Below are positions 52,936 through 63,252 of a DNA stretch of 64,000 bases, in pieces (position 1 is the first letter of the stretch; each line of letters opens with the position of its first letter). Position numbers and translations under genes: made by a program. This DNA is from an uncultured virus (IMG/VR IMGVR_UViG_3300045940_000149) (taxonomy: Duplodnaviria; Heunggongvirae; Uroviricota; Caudoviricetes), in the IMG/VR virus record IMGVR_UViG_3300045940_000149; one strand, written 5' to 3'. The notes under the pieces were generated by a model. It saw only the letters and a list, made by a program, of their open reading frames with translations. It made no database searches and was not told the origin of the DNA.

Positions 52936-55857
52936 TCACTCCTGCCACTCTGGCTCTGCCATGGAAGCGTTCTCGCTCTGGCGAGCGCTCTGACGTGGTG
53001 TCGTTGGCATTGTCGTCTGACGGTCCAGCTCGGTCTTGGCGAACACGCCAGAGCCCTTGACGCCGACGCGCGTCCGTTTCGGAGCGCGCACGGTAACATC
53101 CAATTTGCCGGTGGCGTTGACCTTGGAAGTGATCTCACGGCCTTGCGCACGATCGAGCACCGCGCGATCCGGAATGGCTATCTTGCCTTCCCGAATCATT
53201 TGGGCAGTCGAGCCTTCGTTGCGTTCCTTGTGCGGATTTATTTCGCCGTGACCGAAAACACCTGTTTTGGGATCGTAGCCGTGCCTTGCAGCACGTTCGG
53301 CAAGCAGACGGGCAACGGCCTCGCGCTGAATTGGCAAAACATCTTTTTCGTTTCTTGCGATGACCTCGACGCCCTCCAAATTCCAATTGCCGAGTCCCTT
53401 GCCAATGCCCTGTCCGGGTTTGACATGCGCGCCGCTCGCACCTTCCGGCAGATAGCGGACAATGTTGCCCTCGCGATCGATGATGAATTGCGCTGGGTAG
53501 CCGCGCTGCTGAAACGTCGTCGCGACACCTTCGGGCGTCCCGCGACCGGAAGTGTGATGAACGACCAGCCCCTTCACAGCTTGATTGAATGCTCCGACGT
53601 TGGCCTGACCTTGCGAGAGATGACTGATATCGCGATTGATGACATCACCGCCGCCAGCGCCGCCTGCAGTCGATGGTGTCCACGGGAACGGCTTGGCTGG
53701 ATCAGCGGTGACGGGGCCACGGCCGCCTGTTGCCGTTACGCCCACACGTCCAGCCAATGGCAAACTTCTTATTGCGCGCTCGGGATGGTTGCCAATAGTC
53801 GAAAACCGCCGAGCCAGTAGACTTCTGCCGCCCTTGCCACCGCGAGCATCGCGAATGCCTCCTTCTCTCACCGAAGTTTCAGCATCCCTGACAAACGCAC
53901 TAATCGACGCATCTACATTGAATGCATTTCCTCCCGGCACTTGCGAGTGATCGTACTGGAAGATTCCATAGGAGCGCTCCCCGTACTCGTTCTTAGTCCA
54001 CGGCTTGAAACTCGACTCCTCGTTGGCAATTGAAGTAGCGAACCGCGCCCACTCTTCGGCAGATCCTGTCGTGATCCCAAACCGCGCACCATCAGGCGGC
54101 ACGACGCCGACCAATTTCGAATTCTGAAATGCTGTGAGCAGCTTGTTGTAAATACCCGGCGCGTCCGTACCGGGAGGCGCGTCACCGCGGCGCATACCCT
54201 CACCACCGCCACCACCGCCGCCGCCCTTCGGTGGTTGGGTCACGCTTCCAGCAGGCGGCTTCGGCGCTAACGTCCCGGGATCGATCGCCAGCGGCTGACC
54301 GGTGGTCGGATCAAAGCCGAACACGCCTTTCTGCGGTTCGGTGACGCCCACCGCGCTGGGCTTCGCTGGATCGACGAAGTGGCTCGGATCGAGCGCCCCG
54401 GGTGGACGCCCACCGCCGCCGCCTCCACCGCCTCCACCACCGCCGCCGCCGCCGCCGCCGCCAAACCCGCCACCGCCGCCGCCGCCACCGCCGCCACCAA
54501 ACCCACCACCGCCGCCGCCCATCGGCGAAGCAACACCACCGCCGGTGCCGAAGCCTTTGCCGAGCCCGCCCATCTCCGTCGAGAGCAGGCCGAGCCCTTT
54601 GCCCTGTGGCACCAGCAGCATCAGGTACTCGTTCAAGCGCCTGAATTGCTCGGTGAGCTGCTGGGTCACATCGCCCTGCTCGCCTGCCGGTGCGCCCATG
54701 CCGGTGCGTCGATCCTCGATCCGCGAGCGCCCGAGATCGCGGTACTCTTTCAGCGCGTCGAACAACGTGCCGGGTCCGGTACCGCCGGGGATCTCGTTGC
54801 CACCGACATCCGGCAGCGGCTCCCCCATGCCAGCACTCATGAACCGTACCGGCTTGCCCTCATCGGGCCTGCCCTCATTGCCGCCGCCGCCGAGCCATTT
54901 CCAGTTGCGAACCACCCGGTCAATCCGCTCGACCAGATTGGCGACCTTTTCCAGCCCGGTGTTCATGCCAGTGATGAGCGGGGCCCAAACATCGACCGCC
55001 AATCTCAGCGCGACCTCTTCCGCTCGCTTTGCAGCGGCTTCCGTCTCCTTGTTGGCCTGCGAAATCTTTTGGGAGTTTTTGAAGGCTTCTTCCTGCGCCT
55101 TTTTTTGAGCTTCGGTCAGCGGCTTGATTCTTCCGGAGGGATCGAGCCCGGCTATCGCCGCCCCCATGCCGCCGGTCAGAAAGTCGAGGAATTGACGATG
55201 GAATCTTGCCGCCGCCTCTGAGCCGAATTGATCCTCGATTTTTTTGCGGATGCTCAGCCCGGACTCCATCATCATGTTGAACGCTTCCGGGCGGTCGGAC
55301 ATGCTGATGAAGGTTTCGATGAACTGCCGCATGTTGTGCGTTGCGCCGGGAATACCCTTGGTCATCTCCATCAGTTGTTGGTGAAGCTCGTTGCCCCTTT
55401 CCATGAGCTTGCCGCGCGCTTCGGCGAATCCGGCAGCGGCTTTCTGCGAGGTCTCCAGCGACAATCCCAAACGCTGGAGGTTGTCGGTCAGAGTCTTGAA
55501 ATGGACCGAATCCATTCCGACCGAACGGGCGGTGCGAGCGATGCCGGACAGCTCGGAGGCAAATGCCGACGCCGCTTCTCTGGTATTGATGATCCAGCGG
55601 GCGAGCAAGGTGAGCCCGACCACCGGCAGAGCAAAGCGAACACCCAGCGTACGCAACTCGGTGCCCAGCGACTTGGCGTTCTCGGCGAAATCCTTGACCT
55701 TGGTGCCGAGATCCGCCCACGACTTGCCGAACGAATCCTGCTTCTTCAGGACTTCACCCGATGCCAACGATGCGATCTCCGACCGCAGCCGGACCAACCC
55801 GGGCGATGCGTTATCGACCAGTTGGACAGAAATCCGCAGCTCTTCGAATTCAGGCAA
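52936..55857 (-). CDS. Tape-measure-like protein 2 with lysozyme/SLT-like and amidase_2-like domains
   Basis: IANEESSF..SYGIFQY; VVHHTSG..FIIDREG..GVEV..VFGHGE; poly-Gly linker. Confidence 0.7.
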   Translation of the reverse strand: MPEFEELRISVQLVDNASPGLVRLRSEIASLASGEVLKKQDSFGKSWADLGTKVKDFAENAKSLGTELRTLGVRFALPVVGLTLLARWIINTREAASAFASELSGIARTARSVGMDSVHFKTLTDNLQRLGLSLETSQKAAAGFAEARGKLMERGNELHQQLMEMTKGIPGATHNMRQFIETFISMSDRPEAFNMMMESGLSIRKKIEDQFGSEAAARFHRQFLDFLTGGMGAAIAGLDPSGRIKPLTEAQKKAQEEAFKNSQKISQANKETEAAAKRAEEVALRLAVDVWAPLITGMNTGLEKVANLVERIDRVVRNWKWLGGGGNEGRPDEGKPVRFMSAGMGEPLPDVGGNEIPGGTGPGTLFDALKEYRDLGRSRIEDRRTGMGAPAGEQGDVTQQLTEQFRRLNEYLMLLVPQGKGLGLLSTEMGGLGKGFGTGGGVASPMGGGGGGFGGGGGGGGGGGFGGGGGGGGGGGGGGGGGGRPPGALDPSHFVDPAKPSAVGVTEPQKGVFGFDPTTGQPLAIDPGTLAPKPPAGSVTQPPKGGGGGGGGEGMRRGDAPPGTDAPGIYNKLLTAFQNSKLVGVVPPDGARFGITTGSAEEWARFATSIANEESSFKPWTKNEYGERSYGIFQYDHSQVPGGNAFNVDASISAFVRDAETSVREGGIRDARGGKGGRSLLARRFSTIGNHPERAIRSLPLAGRVGVTATGGRGPVTADPAKPFPWTPSTAGGAGGGDVINRDISHLSQGQANVGAFNQAVKGLVVHHTSGRGTPEGVATTFQQRGYPAQFIIDREGNIVRYLPEGASGAHVKPGQGIGKGLGNWNLEGVEVIARNEKDVLPIQREAVARLLAERAARHGYDPKTGVFGHGEINPHKERNEGSTAQMIREGKIAIPDRAVLDRAQGREITSKVNATGKLDVTVRAPKRTRVGVKGSGVFAKTELDRQTTMPTTPRQSARQSENASMAEPEWQE

Positions 55858-58755
55858 CTATTCAGCCTCGGGAATCTGTGAAGGCCGCCCTCTCGGCGTC
55901 TGATCCATCATGGTCTGCCGGTTCAACGGCACCGGAGAGAACAGGTTCTGCGACGCAGGTGCGCCAACACCCGGCGGGATCTCAACATCGACATTGCCAC
56001 CAGCCTCAACCTCGCCGCCGTCGATCTCGGTGCCCATGTCGCGGTCCAGCTCACGCCGCATCTCTTCGGCCATCTCTTCGTGCTCTTTGGCCATCCTTCT
56101 TTCAAAATCGGCGCGTAGCCGCTCTTCGGTGCTCCATCCTCCGCGCGCCATCAGACCTTTGCGTAGAAATGGATTGGTGACATTTGAATACGGTCTCAGA
56201 TCGATCACGTTGGCCGAGCGCGGCAGGACATCGCTGATTTTCTGCATGCGTTGCTGCTGCTCGGGTGACGGAGTGTATGTCCCGCTTCCGCCCTCGCTCG
56301 CCATGAAGCGGGTCGCCGCCATCTGCTGACGTTCTGATGCAATCTCGGACGCGCGTGCTGAGATGCCGCGTGGACCAGCGCGGGACAATTCAAGCCCGGT
56401 CGTACCACCTTCGTCGAACCCACCACTGCGACTGGCCTGAGCCGTAACTTCCGAAGTTTCGCCGATGATCGCGCGCCCGCTCGGATCAAGATTGATCGAC
56501 AATGGCCCTTTCTTCGCCTCTTCCAAGAGCGCGGCTTTGAAGTCTGGCCACTGTGCCCGCGCCACCGCAAAGCATCCCTCGCTATACAATCGATCGAGAG
56601 TTGCGCTGCTTGACGCGTGGATCTGAACTCCGGTCCGCGGTGCACCGGGATAGCGTGGGTCGTTGATGATCCCGTTCAAACCTCCGAGAGTCGCAACCGA
56701 GCCAAGTTTCCTACCCTTCCGCCCAATGTCATTGGCACCGATATTGATCGGGTAGGTTCCCCATGGAACAGCGCCACGACCAATGTTACCGGTGCCGTAG
56801 TCGAACTCCTTCCCGCCGATCGTGACCTTGCCGCGATAGTAGCGTGGCGTCTGCCGCGCCTCCCAAGAGGCACCGCCACCGGGATGGGATGAATTCCACG
56901 GCAGAACCATCGGATCGCTTTCGCCCTCCGCGCCGCCCTGCGGCGCATTGTGACCTTTCTGGTTCGCAGCCGTGATACTCGAAGTCGGCCCGATCCTCGC
57001 GCTCCCGCTTCGATCAAGATTTATCGACAATGGCCCCTTCTTGGATTCCTCCAAGAGCGCTTGCTTGAAGGCTGGCCACTGCGACTTCGGCACCGCGAAA
57101 CATCCGGCGGTATACAATCGATCGAGGTCTTGGCTGCTTGATGCGTGAATCTGAATCCCTTGTCGCGGTGCGCCCGGATAGCGCGGGTCGTTGACGACGC
57201 CGCCCAAGCCGCCGATGGTAGCGACCGAGCCGAGCCGTGATCTGCCGAGCGGCCCAATGTCGCCGGTGCCGATGTTGACCGAGTAAGTCCCGTACGGGAG
57301 TGCACCGCGCCCACCGCCGCCGGTGCCATAATTGAATTCTTTGTCGCCGATCGTGACCTTGCCGCCATAGTAGTACGGCGTCCCGCCACCAGAAGCGCCG
57401 CCGGACGATGCCTGCTCGCGGCTCCCCGGCGCGGCCCCCGAGTGCGGCGTCGGTGGTCCACCGCCACCATAGCCAGCGCCAGCTCCGGTGCCGGTGCGGC
57501 CACCACCGCCACCGCCACCGCCGCCGAAGCCGTCGCCGCCGCCGAGCCCAGCGCCCAGCCCGCCCATCTGTGTTGACAGCAGACCGAGTGCCCTGCGGCG
57601 CGGATCGTTGGTTATGATCTGAAAGTAGTCGGCGCTCTCCTTCACCTGATCGTGCAGCTCGATCAGCTTCTTATTCTCGTCGGCGAGTCCCATGAAGCGC
57701 CACGGCATCCCACCGCGCGGTGCCCCCGGTGGTCGCTGCGGTCGCTGCTGCTGCGTGCGCTCGCGCAACTTCTCACCGAACCGCTCTTCGAGCTTCTTTC
57801 TTTCCTCTGGTGATAGCTCCAACGTGAGCCATTCCAGCAGATCGGCCGTCTTCTCGTAGGCTTTGGCATTCCATTCCTCGGGTATCACGAAGATCGCCAA
57901 TTTGAGGCGCATGAACACATCGGAGATCCGTTGCGTCTGGTACTCCAGATTGTGCATCACCTTCATGTATTTCTCGGCTTCGACGACCATCCGCCCCATG
58001 TTGTCCAGATACTCTCTGGAGTGCTCGACGAGCAGCCTGCTCATGCCGACCACTTCTGGACCAACACCCCACGCCTGCTCGGCGAATACCCTCGCTGCTC
58101 TCGCTGCCGTTTCCGGGGCCATGCCCGGCTGTTTCAAGAGATTGTCGCGGACCGCTTGCACCGACCGGATGATGACGTTGGCTTTTTTCTCGTAGGTGTC
58201 AGCGATCTCGTACTCGTCGAGCAAGTCCTTCAGCTTGTTGAACAGCTCCACGTTCGTGCCAGCGAACGAGAGCATCTTCGTTCTGATCTCGTTGAATTGC
58301 GGACTGTATTTGATCTTGTCCGTTATGCTGGCCATCTGCGCCATGAATTCCTTAGCCTGCGGCGACGTGAAGCCTTGCAGGATCAGTTGATCATGCACGG
58401 CCTTGAACTCGCCCTGATGCACGCCAAGTCGTCTGGCCAGTTGCGCAAAGTCGGACATGCCCTCGGCCCAGCTCCGCAACTTGCTGGTATTAGCGACCAG
58501 ATCCACCGCCTTCTTTTTGAATTCATCGAGCGCGCCCCAGATCACGTTGGTTGCGTAGCCGAGCGCAAACCCCAGCAGACCGGTGTGATGCGTCAGGCTC
58601 TTCACTTGCTCGCCGGTCTTCCTCGCTTCCTCGCCCAGCTTGTCATGTCCCTTGACATGCTGCATTTCGGCAATGTGCTTCTTGATCTCAGCCAGCACGG
58701 CGCTGAGATTGTCCTGCAGCGAGACGGTGATCTTCAGCTCTTGGAATTCAGGCAT
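55858..58755 (-). CDS. Tape-measure-like protein 1 with two tandem L,D-transpeptidase/Tlde1-like domains
   Basis: Follows the tail chaperone; duplicated P.GTY..QIHASS..LY..GCFAV. Confidence 0.7.
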   Translation of the reverse strand: MPEFQELKITVSLQDNLSAVLAEIKKHIAEMQHVKGHDKLGEEARKTGEQVKSLTHHTGLLGFALGYATNVIWGALDEFKKKAVDLVANTSKLRSWAEGMSDFAQLARRLGVHQGEFKAVHDQLILQGFTSPQAKEFMAQMASITDKIKYSPQFNEIRTKMLSFAGTNVELFNKLKDLLDEYEIADTYEKKANVIIRSVQAVRDNLLKQPGMAPETAARAARVFAEQAWGVGPEVVGMSRLLVEHSREYLDNMGRMVVEAEKYMKVMHNLEYQTQRISDVFMRLKLAIFVIPEEWNAKAYEKTADLLEWLTLELSPEERKKLEERFGEKLRERTQQQRPQRPPGAPRGGMPWRFMGLADENKKLIELHDQVKESADYFQIITNDPRRRALGLLSTQMGGLGAGLGGGDGFGGGGGGGGGRTGTGAGAGYGGGGPPTPHSGAAPGSREQASSGGASGGGTPYYYGGKVTIGDKEFNYGTGGGGRGALPYGTYSVNIGTGDIGPLGRSRLGSVATIGGLGGVVNDPRYPGAPRQGIQIHASSSQDLDRLYTAGCFAVPKSQWPAFKQALLEESKKGPLSINLDRSGSARIGPTSSITAANQKGHNAPQGGAEGESDPMVLPWNSSHPGGGASWEARQTPRYYRGKVTIGGKEFDYGTGNIGRGAVPWGTYPINIGANDIGRKGRKLGSVATLGGLNGIINDPRYPGAPRTGVQIHASSSATLDRLYSEGCFAVARAQWPDFKAALLEEAKKGPLSINLDPSGRAIIGETSEVTAQASRSGGFDEGGTTGLELSRAGPRGISARASEIASERQQMAATRFMASEGGSGTYTPSPEQQQRMQKISDVLPRSANVIDLRPYSNVTNPFLRKGLMARGGWSTEERLRADFERRMAKEHEEMAEEMRRELDRDMGTEIDGGEVEAGGNVDVEIPPGVGAPASQNLFSPVPLNRQTMMDQTPRGRPSQIPEAE

Positions 58756-58917
58756 TGTCTTCGCTGTCCGCTGCCTCGCGTCGCATGATCCGCGCGAGCT
58801 GGATCGTGCGCAGCAAGTGCAGCCGCACCGTACTCACAGGCATGTTCAGGAAAAGATCCGGAGGCTGGTGATACCAGCGCGCTAGACGATAGCAGTCGAT
58901 AATGATGTTCTCGTCGT

Positions 58918-59319
58918 CTAGAGCCACGCCTGTGGATCTGGAAGAAAAAAACCGCGTAACCGATACGCGCACGAATTCCAGTCGCGCGGGTCCATGCGTT
59001 CGATGAGCGGTTGCAGCACGCCCGACAGGGCGGCCATGATGGTGGTCATCTTGCGCTCGTCGATGACCACGTCGCCTTCCTGATTGACCCGCACCGGGTT
59101 GCCGTAGCGATTGATATCGCCGCCGGTCGGCTCGCGGAACGAAAGCTCGCGGGTTTCCTCGCCACTGTTGTTGCGAATGGCGCGGTGCATCAGCTTGACC
59201 TTGACCGGCCACACTTCTGCGGGAAGCGGCTCGATGACCGGCTCCCGCTCCAGTGTCTGCAGATCGACCTGCGTCGGCTCGTCGGCGACGAAGCCCTCGC
59301 GTGGTTGCGGCTTGTTCAT
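58918..59319 (-). CDS. Tail assembly chaperone; probable -1 frameshift extension to 58748
   Basis: LSFREPTGGD..MDPRDW; T7 run (minus strand) at 58945-58951. Confidence 0.8.
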   Translation of the reverse strand: MNKPQPREGFVADEPTQVDLQTLEREPVIEPLPAEVWPVKVKLMHRAIRNNSGEETRELSFREPTGGDINRYGNPVRVNQEGDVVIDERKMTTIMAALSGVLQPLIERMDPRDWNSCAYRLRGFFLPDPQAWL

Positions 59320-59329
59320 GACGCCTCCT

Positions 59330-59716
59330 TTACGCCGCGCCCGCGGTCGGGCCTAGGTCGATCTCGTCGCAGATCAAGCCTTCCCAGCGCACGCGCATCT
59401 GCCCGTCGCGGGTGTTGGCTTCGAGTGCGGCTTTGCACGTCCCGCCGAACAGCGTGTACTGCTTGTTGTTGGCGAGCTGCGCGATCACGGTCACGTCGGT
59501 CTGTCCATCGAGGTCTTCGATGTTCAGCTCGGGCACCGTGGAAACGTCGCCCTCGATGTAGGGCACGCGCGGCAATTCCTGATAGCCGTGAACCCGGTCC
59601 TGACCGGCGATCATAGTGCGCTCGATCGGCGACGGGCTCACGGTGAAGTTGCCGCGAAGTGCAAGTTGGACGCCGTCCACGAACAGGAAGGCGATCCCGG
59701 CAAATCTCTGTGCCAT
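59330..59716 (-). CDS. Tail tube (Mu gpM-like)
   Basis: AGQDRVHGYQELPRVPYIE; follows the sheath gene. Confidence 0.85.
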   Translation of the reverse strand: MAQRFAGIAFLFVDGVQLALRGNFTVSPSPIERTMIAGQDRVHGYQELPRVPYIEGDVSTVPELNIEDLDGQTDVTVIAQLANNKQYTLFGGTCKAALEANTRDGQMRVRWEGLICDEIDLGPTAGAA

Positions 59717-59774
59717 GGTTCGTTACTCCGACAGTATTTGAGTGGTGAGGGAAGTTTTCCGATGACCGGAAAAC

Positions 59775-61385
59775 TTAGAGCCGACCGGTGATCGCGGTCG
59801 AAGTCAGCGGGCCGATGATCTCGACATCGATGCCGCGGTCGTACTGCAGGCGGAATTGCGCCAGCACCGCGAAGATCCGGAGCTGGTTGATCAAGTCAGG
59901 CGGATACAGTACATTTACCCGGTTGGGGTTATTCGGGTCTCTTTCCACCAGAAGATGACGCTTGAAATTGCGTGTATCTTCTACAAGACCATTGTATTCG
60001 TCCTGCCTATACTGTGCGATCAACTCGCCCTTGATTATTCCCGGCGTCACGATTGCTTGGCCGGGCCCAAATCTAGTGCCATCGTTGGCCAATTTGTGTC
60101 GCGGGAACTTGGTGGTGATTGCGTGCCGCTGATTGCGTAGCAGCTTCGCCAAGGTGGCCAACGTGGTGACCAGCTCGTAGGCGTCGTCGCCCTGACCGTA
60201 CAAGTTCCATTGGTACGTCGTCTGCTCCCGGGCGATCATCGGATAGCCGTCCGATCCCGCCTTCTGAATTGCGAACCCGCTGCCCGCGAGCGAGTTCAGC
60301 TCCACGAAGCTGAACCGGTCGTGCAACGGTGCAGGCTTGACGGCAGTGAGCGACAGCGTTTGCAGCGGTCGCGCCGGGTCGTTGATCAGCGCACGCTGTG
60401 CCTTGGCGGTGTAAGCCGCGGCCCACTCGTACACCGGCGTCGGGCTCTTCGTCTCGACCGCCATCGTCGAGATCACGCCCGAGTTACGGCCCATCGCAGG
60501 GTTCAAGCCCCACGTAATCAGATCGGAGTAGAGGCCACGCTTGGCCGTGAAGATGTGGCCGAAGAGCTGACGACGCCAGCCCCACCGGCCGTTGTCGGTG
60601 AAGCCGTACTCCAGATCCCACGCCTGCAGCGTTTCGGTGTCGGTCCACGCGAGCGCGACATACTCGAATTCCTGCTCGCCCATATTGTCGATCACGGTGG
60701 GATCGGCCGGGGGTGGTCCGGGGTTCCAATCCGGAACGCCGTTGCCACCAGTGAGGTAGCCAGTCGCAGGCATGGTGAGCACCAGCCCCTGCGGACCTTC
60801 CTGTCCGCCGATCGCACCGAAGTAGTTCAGCATCAGCGAGATATCGTTGCCGGTGATGCCCTTCCACAGGCACGTCACCGTCACCGTCGCAGTCGCGACA
60901 GTCGCCGACACCGGCAGATTGAGATCGTCGTTGATCGCTTCCGCGATGAAGGCTGCGATGGCATCGATCGTGTCTGACGGACCGCAGTTGATCGGGATGT
61001 GCTCACCCGCGACGTACAAGTGGATCGTTCCGGCTGCGGTCGGCGGCGCGGTGACGACGATCGTTCCACTCGCCGCTTGAAGCGTACCGGCACCCAGCGA
61101 GGTCTCGGGAACGCCAGCTCCCCATACCTCTCCGGAGAACTGGTTGTGGAAGAAGCTCTTGAACATATTGGCCAGCTCGGAGCCTTGTCCGAAGCGGTCG
61201 TCGGCCTGCGCCTGCGTGCCGATCGCAATCGGCTGGTTCGGCGGTGCCGTGCCGGTCGAGAGCATCGAGCCGACCAAGAGCGCGGGCTGGCGGATGGTCG
61301 GAAGCCCCGCCTTGCTCGGATCGACCTCGACCCAATAGAGCGGGACTTTGATTTCCTGTGGGATCTGAGCAAATGAGATAGGCAT
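59775..61385 (-). CDS. Tail sheath (Mu gpL-like)
   Basis: ISFAQIP..VPLYWVE, DPARPLQTL, PPDLINQLRIFA. Confidence 0.92.
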   Translation of the reverse strand: MPISFAQIPQEIKVPLYWVEVDPSKAGLPTIRQPALLVGSMLSTGTAPPNQPIAIGTQAQADDRFGQGSELANMFKSFFHNQFSGEVWGAGVPETSLGAGTLQAASGTIVVTAPPTAAGTIHLYVAGEHIPINCGPSDTIDAIAAFIAEAINDDLNLPVSATVATATVTVTCLWKGITGNDISLMLNYFGAIGGQEGPQGLVLTMPATGYLTGGNGVPDWNPGPPPADPTVIDNMGEQEFEYVALAWTDTETLQAWDLEYGFTDNGRWGWRRQLFGHIFTAKRGLYSDLITWGLNPAMGRNSGVISTMAVETKSPTPVYEWAAAYTAKAQRALINDPARPLQTLSLTAVKPAPLHDRFSFVELNSLAGSGFAIQKAGSDGYPMIAREQTTYQWNLYGQGDDAYELVTTLATLAKLLRNQRHAITTKFPRHKLANDGTRFGPGQAIVTPGIIKGELIAQYRQDEYNGLVEDTRNFKRHLLVERDPNNPNRVNVLYPPDLINQLRIFAVLAQFRLQYDRGIDVEIIGPLTSTAITGRL

Positions 61386-61425
61386 TCATGCCTCCTGTTC
61401 TATTCGTGCTTGTTTCCCGTTCCGT

Positions 61426-61725
61426 TTAGCTGGCGCGCGGCGCACGCTTCTCGGCCGCTGCCTTCGCCGGTTCGCCTTCGAGCTTGACCGCGCCCTCCCG
61501 AATCCGTTTTCGGGTGAAGCCGTCCATCGGCCATTCCGCCGGTCCCGACTTGCCGAACTTGATGCCGGTCGGATGCTTCACGTACTTGCGGATTTCGTCG
61601 GTGGCCGGGATGACCTTCACCCGCTGAATCTGGCTCACCCGGGTCATCTCCTTCAGCCGCTCGCGACGACGGACTTCACGTTCGCGCACCATCTTGCTGT
61701 GCTCGTCCTGTGCCTGCTCGGGCAT
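61426..61725 (-). CDS. Small pre-sheath protein (DUF2635-like)
   Basis: HPTG..WPMDGFTRKRIREG; position upstream of sheath. Confidence 0.45.
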   Translation of the reverse strand: MPEQAQDEHSKMVREREVRRRERLKEMTRVSQIQRVKVIPATDEIRKYVKHPTGIKFGKSGPAEWPMDGFTRKRIREGAVKLEGEPAKAAAEKRAPRAS

Positions 61726-61736
61726 GACGCTGCCTC

Positions 61737-62441
61737 CTATGTGCTGCCTGAGAACGCGGCGCTGTCAGGTTGCTCGACCGCCACCAGCGCCACGGAATCG
61801 GTGCCGATCGGAGAGAACTCGTACTTGGCGATGACCTGCTGGACCGCGGCGATCTCGTCGGGCGTGCCGCCGGACGGGAACGCGGTTTCGACGTGGATCA
61901 AGAGCAGATCGTCGGTGATCACCGGCGCAAAGATGGTCCGGTAGAAGATCGAAACGTCGTACTGCAGCTCGCCGATCGGCATCTCGTTGTTCAGACCGGC
62001 GTTGCCGAATACGTGCTTGCGACTGCCGCGGGTGACGCCTTCAAGCCGGGTGTTGTCGGGATTGCTCGGATGCGTCTGCCCGTAGCGCGTGGTGTCGAGC
62101 ATGTTGGTGAGCCACGGGTCTTTCCAGACACCATTCATGATCGCCCAAAAAGCAGCATCCAGTTTGGTTTCGAGAACGACCTGATCATTGTTGGCCATGA
62201 TCACCGAGAAGCCGATGCGCGCGGTGTGATTGAAGCGGATGTTCCCGGCGTTGAAGTCGCCGTCCGGCACCATGCTCTCGTCGATGATGTAGACCCCGAG
62301 ATAGGGCAGCAGATGCGGCTGCACCGGCACCATCTTGGTGCGCCGCTTGGTGAAGGTGGCGAACGGCGGCAACACCGCGACCTTGGCGAACAACACGTCG
62401 CGCAGAATCAACGTGTAGCTCTGATCGTCGCTGATGCTCAC
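61737..62441 (-). CDS. Putative tail terminator
   Basis: Synteny; LPYLGVY motif. Confidence 0.5.
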   Translation of the reverse strand: MSISDDQSYTLILRDVLFAKVAVLPPFATFTKRRTKMVPVQPHLLPYLGVYIIDESMVPDGDFNAGNIRFNHTARIGFSVIMANNDQVVLETKLDAAFWAIMNGVWKDPWLTNMLDTTRYGQTHPSNPDNTRLEGVTRGSRKHVFGNAGLNNEMPIGELQYDVSIFYRTIFAPVITDDLLLIHVETAFPSGGTPDEIAAVQQVIAKYEFSPIGTDSVALVAVEQPDSAAFSGST

Positions 62442-62800
62442 GGCGACTGGCGAACCATCACTTCCTTCAGCGTGAGCGTGGTTTCGCCGCCTGCGTTGTA
62501 GGACGCGTCGGTGATCTCGAACATGCCGTGGACTTGGTGATTACTGTCGGTCGGGATATCGACTCGGTCGCCCTGCATCGGGATGACGGAGAATTCCGAG
62601 TTCAGGATATCGAGGATGGTGCGCTGCTCCGACACGATCGATCCGTCGAGCGCCAGCACGTCGAGCTGCCGGGTGTCGAAGATCCCGCGGGCGGCGTAGC
62701 TGCCCTGCAGTGGGATCGAGACGATCGGATAGAACGTCACCGGGATCGCCCACATATCGAAATTGGGCGCATAGATCAGCGTTCCGAAATCTACCGCCAT
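62438..62800 (-). CDS. Head-tail joining protein
   Basis: ARGIFD..PMQGDRV..GGETTLTL. Confidence 0.6.
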   Translation of the reverse strand: MAVDFGTLIYAPNFDMWAIPVTFYPIVSIPLQGSYAARGIFDTRQLDVLALDGSIVSEQRTILDILNSEFSVIPMQGDRVDIPTDSNHQVHGMFEITDASYNAGGETTLTLKEVMVRQSP

Positions 62801-63252
62801 GCGAGATCAATCGTCTTGCTGAGCAATGTCCGCATGCGATCGACCAGCATGTCCCACATCTGCGGTCGCAGGATCGGTCGGCGTATGCCAACGCGCTGGC
62901 GGACACGTGGGCGGAACTTGCTGCCGCGGGCCCGCAATAAGTCCTTGCGCGAGCGCGGCCAGACGCGCGTCTGATATTGGCGGGGCGGAACGAAATCCCC
63001 GCCTCCCGTTTCCCCATGACCGACGCTCGCCATCCGCGGCGTCAGGACCGGGACTGAGGCTTCCTGCCCGGCCAACATTTCCGAGTTCGGATACTGCCGG
63101 TTCATGTCCTCGGTTTCCCACGTCCGCATTTCGCGCACGATGCCTTCCGGCAATTCATAGTTCAGGTAGTTGATCAGGTCGGTGACCTGCTCGCCGACCG
63201 GAGCGTTATCGACCACGATCAGAATGCCCGGGACCGGGATGCCGTCAGCCAT
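62791..63252 (-). CDS. Putative neck protein
   Basis: Synteny; RRPILRP motif. Confidence 0.4.
   Translation of the reverse strand: MADGIPVPGILIVVDNAPVGEQVTDLINYLNYELPEGIVREMRTWETEDMNRQYPNSEMLAGQEASVPVLTPRMASVGHGETGGGDFVPPRQYQTRVWPRSRKDLLRARGSKFRPRVRQRVGIRRPILRPQMWDMLVDRMRTLLSKTIDLAWR

Noticed and set aside
54410..54520. (CCG/CCA)n microsatellite
   Set aside because: Encodes the poly-Gly linker of the minus-strand tape-measure-like protein
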